From Moniliella sp. 'wahieum' (lineage: Eukaryota): DNA of 64,000 nucleotides. Under the pieces are notes generated by a model. That model was not told where the DNA came from and did no database searches. It worked only from the letters and a program-made list of their open reading frames with translations. Each line of letters begins with the position of its first letter. The first letter of the stretch is position 1. Shown here in pieces: positions 38,401 through 48,359 of the stretch. Made by a program: the position numbers and the translations under genes. The DNA is taken from NCBI GenBank assembly GCA_003971905.1, contig RSEE01000018.1:310001-374000 (forward strand), given 5' to 3'.

Positions 38401-39630
38401 CTGCTCCTTTCTCTGCTCCTTCTCCACTTCATCTTCTTCCAATTCGTCCACCTCTTCCTCGTCCTTGTTTTCCATGCCCTCTTCGTCCTCCGCTTCTTCC
38501 TCTTCCTCCTCGTCCTCCGAGGCAGTCGAGAGGGTACGGAAGTGCAAAGCAAGTTCGGTATAGATGGCTGGGTGGTGCTCGTAATGCATCCTCCATTCCT
38601 CGGGGGTGGGGCCGTCGGAACCTAAGGAAAAGGGGTCAGCCGTGCAAAACGATATAGGGATTGCAGGGCGGACAAGGAATACGTACCAATTCTGCTAGCT
38701 CGATGAAGAACCGATCAGGAGGAGCGAGCGGAGCGAGCGACAGCCGCGCCCCCGATGGGGTGGTCGATGCGCCGGATGAGGGGAGAGGACGATGGAGCTG
38801 AACGACATCGTCGGGAATGAGGTGGGAGAGCATGGCGGCCAATTGGTTCTGCATGTCGGGCGAAAGCACGAGCTGGGCCCTTGCTGCCCCTGGAGGACTG
38901 GAATGCTGCGGAGGACCAGATGGCGGGGCGCAGGTGTAAGCGAGTGGGCGGGGCCTGTGCTTCCACCGTTTTCCCTCTCGACCTCCGCGGGCAGGGGAAA
39001 GAAGCGGTGGTTGTGGCGGTTCATCCGGGTTCGGGACGAGGAGTCGGAGCAGCAACATCAGGCGGAGCAGCAACATCAGCAGGAGCAGGATTCGGATTGG
39101 GCTGGGCAGAGGAGCGGAGGCGATTGACGCGGTAGCGGAGGTTGAGGCCGCGGTCGAGATTGTCGCGGATAAAGGACTGGTAGGAGGCCGGCGTGTGGCG
39201 CGGGTTAATCGTATGGAGCATCTTAGCCGCCGCTAGGCCGCCCCAGGGGGTGCTGATGCCGGCCAGGCCATTGACGATGTACTGCTGGTCGTGCTGGGTA
39301 AAGGCAAGGCGCCTGGCGTGATGCGCACGTCAGCCACCAGCGCCGCACACGAGGATGGAGGGGGGATACGCACTGTGTCGAGCGGGCATTCGTGGTGCCG
39401 GGCGTGGGCCCGCTGCGGGACATGATCCCTGGCTGGATGCGCGCGGCAGCGGCGGAGACGGTGGAGAAGAAGCGCGGGAGAAGGCGTCGACGGACAAATG
39501 ACAGTTGCGCGCGTGGTAGAACTCCGTGGACGGGTCGCGTCGCAACCCTAGCATCCATTTTCTGGCGATTACTTCAGCAGATGCTCTTGCTGGTGCTGAA
39601 GATCGCCATGTACACTTTCCCCTCGGTCAT
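35456..39630 (-). CDS. Rap1-like (TERF2IP-type) Myb-domain protein, candidate
   Basis: After intron ~39313-39373: RLAFTQHDQQYIVNGLAG..AAKMLHTINPRHTPASYQSFIRDNL. Second unit across intron ~38622-38686: FFIELAELGSDGPTPEEWRMHYEHH. Then an acidic tract, long disordered region and short helical-looking C-terminus. Confidence 0.5.
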
Positions 39631-39637
39631 TCACCTC

Positions 39638-39720
39638 GCCTCTTTGGCTCAGTGGTAAAGCATCTCACTAGTACCATGTGCTGGATGAGAAGATCGGTCG
39701 TTCGATTCGGCCAAGAGGCA
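39638..39720 (+). tRNA. tRNA-Thr(AGT) with 11-nt intron (39674-39684)
   Basis: GCCTCTT..AGTGGT..TCTCA-CT-AGT-A-[intron]-A-TGAGA..GGTCG-TTCGATT-CGGCC-AAGAGGC-A, followed by a T-run. Confidence 0.95.
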
Positions 39721-41795
39721 ATTTCTTTTTTGCAGGTAGTTCGCCTAGCATTCCCCTCTCTATCCATCCTCAAAACAGGTACGCACTCGTCCTGACATGT
39801 GACATGTGACAAGAGACGATGTCGCTGATGTCAGTGACATGGCATGGACCTAATCGATATCAATCAAGTACTGAGATCAGTACTCAGTCTGAGTACTAAA
39901 TTAATTCGAGTATCGAGACGGAGCCATGTGCCTACAGTATCTTGTGGATAGCACAGGATAGCACCCATGTGGAAATGTGATGGGTTTTCTGACCAAGCAG
40001 GATTTTGCACATCAACGTTTCACGTTTCACACTGAATCCAATCGCTGATGCATGATGATACTAGGCATCTCAGATCGGTGGCTCTATAGTTGTGGGTTTT
40101 GCGATGTGGTACACCAGTTCGAACCGCTAGTAGTACTTCGCAACGGCCGGGTACACGCTGTACTCACTCGGCCCGATTGTGAAGTGCTGATGTGATTGGT
40201 GTGATGCGGAGCTGCGGGTGCTATCGGGCAGGGGGCATGTGCTCAGTATGCCAAAGAAAAAGACGGATTGTGGGGCCTCTCCAAGATTTAAGATGACAAT
40301 GAAAAGATGGATGTCATCTATGTGTAGTGTTGAACTCGAGTACTCAGTGTTGCTGATGAGAGTTGTTGAGTACGTTGAGTAGTGACTACCAGATAACCGG
40401 AGCCTGTGTGGGGTAGGGGTGGGGCGCAAAGAGAGGAAGGCGGGGACGTAGGCTGAGAGAGCAAAGCGGGGGCGCGACGAGAGTAGGAAGGCGGGGACGA
40501 GGTTGAGATCTGCGTGAGCAAAGCGGGGCGCGAGGCTCTGGGTGGCGGCGGGGATGCTGTGGGGCGAGCGACCTAGCTGCGTTAATTAGCAAGCGTTGCT
40601 ATGAATATTGAATGGACAACAAAATATTCAACGCGCAGGTCTCCACGAACCACACACAGCCGACCAACACAGGTGGAGTTCAAGTTGAACGCTGAAGTTC
40701 AGCGCTAGCTGGTCACTTTGAGATCTGATCGATGATCGACCTAATCGAAGAACCCTGATCGAATGATCGATGATCGTCGATCGCACCAGCTGCACGTTGA
40801 GTACGTTGAACGGAAACGCTAAACTCCACCGAGGAGGGGAGGGTGTGCGGGGTGGAAGAGGAACCAGGCACTGGCTGGCTCAATCCTCCTGGCCAAGCCC
40901 AGGCAGGCGCGTGGCTGTGGCATGTTTGCGCTGCTCGCCTAGAAGGGGAGCGTTCTAGCCGCCGCTCACGGAAAAAGAGATGGCTGGATGGAGGGCCGCT
41001 TTGCTATCGCAGATAGCCAGCAGTCACGCGTCACGTGCGCTGCCCGCCCCGCTCGTCCCGTGTCCCGCGTGGGCGTCAGCGTCGCTATCTCTAGTGAAGC
41101 GCGTGAAGTGACTAGCCACTTGGCGGCTGGGAGCGTCCAGTGCGTCTGTCAGTGCTTCTGATTTTTTTTGCGCCGCCAGAAAACCGTGGCGGCGGCATTG
41201 AATATTCAGTTTCAGTGTCGGTGGGTATTTACTCAGGCAGCGCACACGGGCACAGGCGCAGTGTCCATGCGCCGCTGAGGCCAGCTCGGGGGGCGCACAG
41301 GGGCAGTCACGCCGCGTGCGCTGCCCCGCCTGTCGGCCGCCTTTCACCCAAATCCAAACGGCCCGACCCGCCCGGGCATGTCAGTGCTCAGTAGGCCGCC
41401 GCCACCCGTCCCAGCCGCTGCCCCCGTGCCCCGCGCCGCACCGAGGTGGATGCGTGATGGGATGGGCGCGGGGGCACACTGCGCCCGGTGGGCGACGGGT
41501 GAGGCGATGATGCTTTCAGAACACCGCGCAGGCGCTTCTCCCGTTCTGCGTTCTGGGCGCGGCGCTGCCAAGCCAGCACAGGAGCACTCGCTCGGGTGTC
41601 TCGCCCACCCCGGCTGCGCCGTGCGCCGACAGCACACACACCTCACAGCCAGCCCCCTTCTTCGCCCCCGCGTCCACGCCATCCTGGCCCTGAGCCTGAG
41701 ATCCAATGGCCCCCCGCCCGTCCCTTTTATACCCCCGCCTTCCCCGCCAGGGCCACACCCCGCCCCGCCTCCTCCCCCCTCCCTCCCTCCCTCCC

Positions 41796-41837
41796 ATGGC
41801 CTCCCTCCACGTGACAGCGCCACCCAGCGCAAGGCTC

Positions 41838-41868
<31 letters not shown>

Positions 41869-43356
41869 AGAGAAGCCCCGGCCAAGCCCACCACCTTCTC
41901 CCGCAAGCACGCTCAGCGTTACGACCCCGCCCAGCTGCCCCAGGTACCTATCCCCGACTTTTCCGTCAAGGACCTGCTCACCGCCATCCCACACTGCTAT
42001 GAGCGCAGCGCGCTCCACTCCAGTCTCTATGTGCTGCAAGACATCGTCTTCATGTCGGCCGCCTTCTACGCCGCCACCTACATTGACCCCTTGGTCGCCT
42101 CGCTCGACTTGACCCACTCGCCCATCCCGGCCAGCTGGCTCTCGCCCTCCACCCAAGCACGCCTTCTCACCTGGGCCCTGTTTGGGCTGTACCAAGTGTT
42201 CCAGGGTTTGGTGTTTACCGGGATCTGGGTCAACGCCCACGAATGCGGCCACCAAGCCTTTAGCACTTCCAAAATCAACAACTCGGTCGGCTTTGTCTTG
42301 CACCTTTCCTCCTGGTTCCTTACCATGCCTGGCGCATCTCCCACGCGCGCCACCATGCTGCCACGGGCCACATGACGCGCGACGAGGTCTTTGTCCCTCG
42401 CACGCGCGAACGTCGTGGTTTCCTCCCGCTCCGCCCTGCGTTGCCCGCCGACACGGATGCGAGCGAGGTGGATGAGTTTTTGAAAACGCCTGTCGACAGC
42501 GCGGCCGCGACCGAGGCAGTGGTACCAAACTACCGAGAGCGCGTTGACCTGGGGCCAGTGGATCACGAGACGTTGGAGGATGCGCCGATTTATGCGCTGG
42601 TGATGCTCGTGTTGCAACAACTGTTTGGCTGGCAACTGTACCTGATCAAGAACGCTTCTGGCCAGCTTCACTACCCCAAGGGCACCAACCATTTCAACCC
42701 CAACAGCGTCATCTTTGATGCGCGTCACAAGTGGCAGATCATTGCGTCGGACATCGGGATTGCCGTGATGATTGGTGTGCTGGTCGCAGCTTCGTGGATT
42801 GCGCCCCATGGGTTCTGGGACGTGGCGCGGTACTACTTGATCCCGTATGCGTGGTGCAACCATTGGTTGGTGATGATCACCTACCTCCAGCACACCGACG
42901 CCCAACGCCTCACTACCACGCGGAGGAATGGACGTTCCCGCGGGTGCGCTGTCGACTGTCGACCGCGAGTGGCTCTGGCCCATCGGCCCGCTCTTCTTCC
43001 ACGGCATTGCTGAGACGCATGTTGCGCACCACATCCACTCCAAGATCCCGCACTACCATGCGTGGGAGGCAACGGAGGCACTCAAGCAAAAGCTCGGCCC
43101 CTACTATGTCCACTCGGACCAGAATGTCTTCCGATCTCTCTGGACCAACTACACCAGCTGCCGCTTTGTCGACCTGGCAGACCCCATTGCGTTTTACCGC
43201 AACTCGTGGGGGGTGCCCACGGCGACACCAGTCAAGAGGACCAGCGAGGAGACATCCGACTCGGGTGTTCACCCTGGACTAGACGCGGACGGGACAGACG
43301 GGATGGGAGTGGAGTGGAGCGGATTGGATTGGATTGCACCCAGGAGACATTTGTGA
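41796..43356 (+). CDS. FAD2: Delta-12 (omega-6) fatty acid desaturase
   Basis: PDFSVKDLLTAIP..YERSA, His boxes HECGH, H(AR)HH, HVAHH; HWLVMITYLQHTD, GALSTVDR, IPHYHAWEAT. TATA-like TTTTATA at ~41724. True stop may be 43282. Confidence 0.95.
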
Positions 43357-45916
43357 GAAGGCTGGCCGCCACCAGCAGGGCGATTGGGATAGCATGCAAC
43401 AGAGGACGATAGGGTTGCCCTATGTAGCTTGGATCTTCCAAACCCGGCGGAAGAACTGAATCTGGGTCAGCTTTAAAATTTAAACTAACCTAGGAGGTGG
43501 CTGCTGGGACATGTGACATGTGACATGTGACATGTGGCATGTGACCCCACTGCGGCAGTGTTACTCTGACTAGTGACTGCGGCTGATTCAAACGGACGGT
43601 GGATTGATGCTAAAAAGCTCTCTGTGCAGTCTCATTTACAGCCTACCATCATTAATTTGTGAGTACTCAACTGAGACTGAGTATGAGTCGTGGCAAGTAA
43701 TGATCGCCATTGCCATGCCATGGTTTTGGTGGTCTTTAGATTGTCTTGTGCATGCCCTCAACCGGCCATTCCTCTTCGTCCTCCGGCAGCCACGTCGCGC
43801 AGCGCATCTTCTGTCCTCTGTCCTCTGTTGCGGTTGCTCTCTTCACCTTACCCAGTCCTGCCGTCCCCCACACGCCGCGCGCTCTGGTTCGTTCGATGCG
43901 ACGAAAGGGTGGGGCGTCCTTCGTCTAATGAACAGGTGAGGCCTGTCTCGGTCCACCGCCAGATCCGCCAGTTGCAGATGCCCCACAACAGGAAATGGTA
44001 CATCTGTATACTCTCTGTTATACTGATAATCCCACGGTCCATCGTATAATGTCCCTACACCCACTTTTTCCCTCTCCAGCTGTGCCTATCGGTTCCTCCG
44101 TTATACGTGATGGGCTTTTTCCCTTGGCTCGCACCTTCTCTCGTCTTTCCCATAGATCCTTCCTGCGTTTGAAAGAGTGAGGGACGCTTCAGGCTGCAGA
44201 GCGCGTATTACTGATTCCCAAGACAGAGAGGCTGAAAAAGCAAAATATTAGAAGGTGAAGAGAAGCAAAGGAGGGAGGAGGAGAGGGGGCAACGTTATGT
44301 GGTTCTTGTTCGTGATGGGGATGACAATCGTGTCTTCGGCCCGGGACCCCTTCCTCTCTATCCATTGTTATCCGTCACGAAGCTCTCTGACAGGAGACGG
44401 ATGTGGCCGTGGTGGAGGGCGCGGAGGTCAAGGAAGAGTCGTTGGCGCCAGAAAAGTTGTTCATCTCGGGGGCGACCGCGTTGGGCGCAATGGCGAGCGT
44501 GCGGCGATTGAGCATGGGGTAGAGGGGGAGAGCGGACGGAGAGAGATGGCCAACGAAAATGAGATGGGTGTTGGTTGGGCAGAAAGCCGAAAGTCTGGTA
44601 GGGTCCTACCTGACAAGAGATGGAGATGGGGAAAATGATATGGGAGTCGAATGTCAAATCAGAGGGTCCAGTCAACCTGGTGACTGTGTGTAAACAGATG
44701 AATCTGATCCCGGCACTCTCCATTTCTCTCTCCATTTTCGATTTTTCCTCGGGTTCCTTATGCTCCCCCTTGTCCTTGCTTCCTGTTTGTCGTGTATTTT
44801 CGTCCTCACGGCGTCCCAATGATGACAGGCATCTGCTTTTGAGACGAGCGGTCATGTGGGGAATGTAGATGGACTAGAGGCGAATTAATGACGGTCGATT
44901 TGATCGTTGCATCGCGGATGGTCCATGTTAGGAAACGTGTGAGATGGAGGATAGGGAAGTAGTTGAATTAATTGCATCATAGTACGTCATATGGACGCGG
45001 ACTGGAGGTAACGTCCATTTCATTGGCAGACTTAAGAAGGCTGGGACAGGGGGAACGCTACGTCTAAACCTAACCGTTCATCTTGCGGGGGTTACTTAGG
45101 GGCGCCACCAGGGTCAAGGAACCAGGGGGATCGCCAGGATATCAGGACCCTCCGGCTCATGCCATCCGGTCCCGTACCCTAGGAAGCGCGTATGGACACG
45201 GAGGAACGTGGTTGACATCCGAGCGAGGAACCATTTCCACTGAGACTTAGTAGCCAACTCCTTCCAATGCGCAAACAACTTGCTCGCCGTCTTGGTGCCG
45301 TAGTATCCTCGCGTCGTCAAAACAGGGGGAAAAACGTCTCTTGAGTGCGTCCCTGGTACTTGGGGAGGTATATGTACACCTCATACACCTTACAAGGAAG
45401 GGGGGCGTAGTCGAGAGCAGGTGGACACAGATCGCCGAACTGACAGGAATCACGCCATAGTACCCAGACGGAGTTAGTGGGACAAAGGCCCTCTATAGCA
45501 CAGTGTGAGTCTAACAGTCTAGGGATCGATCCGGTAGGGGTCTGTAACTATTAGGCCTCTATTAGTGCTCTATATGTGCAAGGGGGCACAAAACAAAAGG
45601 TCAACAGTCATAGGACGAAAGGCTTAATTCTTTGGGTGCCATGCTTGTGTGCGTAGGACCAGGGTGGGACAGAGCTATCAAAAACGGACAAGAGAAAGGA
45701 AACAGGGGAGAAGAGGGGGTGAGACGACCCTACAACTTCACCTCGAGGGAAACAAGTGCGGACGCGGATGTCAAAACAGTATTTCAGCGTTAGACCACAA
45801 GCTCCATGCGCGTTCGCTGAGACGTACTTGTCGCAGAGTCTGAATGGCCTCAAAGGTAGGCTGGAGAAAGGGCGAAGCGCAGGATCGGAGACTTGCTCTT
45901 CCCGTCTTGTGCCAGG

Positions 45917-48115
45917 TTACAGCTTGGCCACATCGGTGGTCGAGGAGCGACGTGTAGTGACCGTGGACGAAGAGACAGAGACGTCACCCGTGCCGTCTCC
46001 GCCGCCGCCACTGCTTCCGTCGCCGGTCCCGCCACATGTCCGACCAAATCGTGATAAACTTCTCAGCACAGCTCAGGCGGAGAAACTGGGGACTGGCCAA
46101 ATGGGCTTGGGTGGAAAACATCCCGCTCCGTGCGCACATGCCATGCAGTGCCAGGCACCTGCTCGGCCCCCCCAACGCTTGGGTCAGCCACGACTCAAAG
46201 ACCGTCACATTGCTCGCATGCGAAATGAGTGCTTCGGCGACCAGGCCCACTATCGCCGCTTGCACAGGCCCAGACACCGTTCCTTCGTGCACAGCGACCT
46301 TGACAGTCTCAGTTTGCGCAGAGACAGGTGCCGCCTCCTGTGTAGTCGGCACTGTCGATGTCGTGGTGACAGGTGCCGCCTCCTGTGTAGTCGGCACTGT
46401 CGATGTCGTGGTGACAGGTGCCGCCTCCTGTGTAGTCGGCACTGTCGATGTCGTGGTGACAGGTGCCGCCTCCTGTAGTCGACACTGTCGATGTCGTGGT
46501 GTCCGTGGTTGCAACGGAGGTCGAGGCGGCAAGTTGGGCTTGGCGCGTATCCGCCTCCTCCACCTTGCGGTCCGTCTCCTTTTTCATGTGCTTGTACATT
46601 TCCATTCCACCAACGCCTGCAAGCGCAGCGCCGCCCAAGCCAGCAGCGACCTTGAGCTTGTGGTGGTGCTCGTCACCAGCATTCCCACCATAGCGAGTGG
46701 AGACTGTACTGTAGCCCGTGGTGGCACCATTTATCTGGGTCGCCAGAGCGTGATAAACTTGTCGTCCAGCCGGAGCGTCAATAGGTCGCCCCCGTTCGTC
46801 GCGGGCAGGTAAAACGAATCTCGCGACATTGGCCCGCCAGCCGGGGCCAAACTGCGTGGTAATACGGTCGGTCAAAAGCGCCGTCAGATGAGACTCTTTA
46901 CCCGTCTGGGTTGCCTCATTGACCGTGGCCAGCACAAGGTCAATGAGCGCGCCTTCCACTGGGCCTGCAGCGAGGAGAGATGGTGTTCACAATCACGCGG
47001 GAACGCAACGCTTCGAAGGACGACCCAAAGGCCATGGTCGAACCCAGCTGCTGGCCAGGGCCGAGGGTGAACTGGGAAGATTGCATCGTGTTCTGACCCT
47101 CGTTCCACACGGTAAAGCTGCGTCCGCCCGAGCGAAATACCATAGCCGACGGCACTTGATAAAAGTGCTCCGTCGTTTCTTGCACTTGCCATCCCGGGCC
47201 GAGATGCTTGCACAGGTGGAAGATCAAGTGCTGGTTCAGCGCCTGGCCTGCGGCCACGGGCAAAGAGAGTGCCATCCGGAGCACATGCTCCACCCGCTCG
47301 CGCACTGCCTGCCCTACATTCTTCACCTGATCGATAGCCACTTCCACCCCACCGACCATAGCGTCGGCCGTCTGGTCAAGCGCATTCGCGTTCTTCCACG
47401 CTGTGATCCAGACGGGACCCACATCTGTTTTGGAACAAAGAAAATATGAAGGCATCAGTATTCGCGTTCCACGACGGTCCACGACGGACAATAAAGAAAA
47501 GGAGGGGTAAAAACACAACATACTCAAGTTCAACAGCGAGTTGGGACGATCCGTCACCGTAAACGCAAAGGCTGGTCCGATAATGCACGACCACCGACCT
47601 CCCAGGCGGCTCTCCAGCCCGCGGACAATTTGCCGCGTCAAGGCTTGCTGGTCCCGTAGCGCTTCTGGCCGTTCGAGGCTGGTGCGGAGCACGGCCAACG
47701 CCTGTTCGCGCGTCTCGCCACTGATGCTTGTCGGCGCACTAATGTCCAGCGGGGCCGAGAAGGGAGTGGGCTGGGCGAGACCGAGCGGGGCGTGGGCAGC
47801 AGGCAGGAGAGAAGCTTGGTACGCATCTTGCACCTGGCCGCCGGCGAGCCAGGCGTTGGGCGGGTAGGCGCCCCAGGCGGAGGCGGGGCCCGCGAGAAGC
47901 GGGGAGGGCAGGCCAAGGCCGAGGCCCAAGCCGAGCCGGCGACGCTGAGTGGCCGCGTCGATAGGGCTGATGGGCAGGGAGGCGAGCGACAGAGCGGGGC
48001 GCCCAGGGGCAGGAAGGTAGAGGCTGTTGGCGGCGTAGCCCGAGGTGGCCGACAGCGCTGGATTGGTGGCGCTGACGACGTCGGAGAAGACAGGGTAGGG
48101 GGTGGCGGTGGGCAT
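45917..48115 (-). CDS. Multi-domain protein with four tandem dynein light chain LC8-like domains and Thr-rich repeat linker
   Basis: D1 (intron 47425-47523 removed): SISGETREQALAVLRTSLE..LTRQIVRGLESRLGGRWSCIIGPAFAFTVTDRPNSLLNLNVGPVWITAWK, which aligns with LC8. D2 ..HLCKHLGPGWQV..FTVW; D3 ..RITTQFGPGWRANV; D4 ..WLTQALGGRAGAWHCM..FLRLSCAEKFITIWS. The joins require indel corrections. Confidence 0.7.
46323..46500 (-). repeat. 45-bp coding tandem repeat x4 (TTTSTVPTTQEAAPV)
   Basis: Three identical units (46323-46457) plus a fourth with a 2-bp loss and one substitution. Confidence 0.97.
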
Positions 48116-48182
48116 GCTTCGAGGGGGTGAAGGGAGAGGGGTGGGGGGAGAGGGAAAGGGGGAGGGGGGCAGGAGGGGATCT

Positions 48183-48190
48183 TTATATAG
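48183..48190 (-). promoter_or_regulatory. TATA box of the multi-LC8 gene
   Basis: Minus-strand CTATATAAAG ~70 bp upstream of the ATG at 48115, in GC-rich context. Confidence 0.55.
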
Positions 48191-48359
48191 GGCGACGGAT
48201 GGCCTGTGCTCAGGTGGCTGCTGTGCGAAATTAAGCTAAGGGGGGGTCTATTAGCCGGCGGAGGGAGGCAGCGCAGGCGGCACAGGGGCAGTGTGGGGCT
48301 GCGGCGGTGGTGTGTGGGAGCAGATGCAATTTCCGACGCTTCTATTTCACTGTACTTAC

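Noticed and set aside
46309..46480. (GGGTCHHDIDSADYT)n read as a repeated pheromone or metal-binding peptide precursor
   Set aside because: It ends CLCAN* with no CaaX box. The upstream frame enters the first unit as TTTSTV, and only a 2-bp loss in a CA dinucleotide run switches frame. The TTQEAAPV frame continues into LC8 domain 4.
46323..46500. CRISPR-like array
   Set aside because: Head-to-tail repeats with no spacers, in a eukaryotic coding context.
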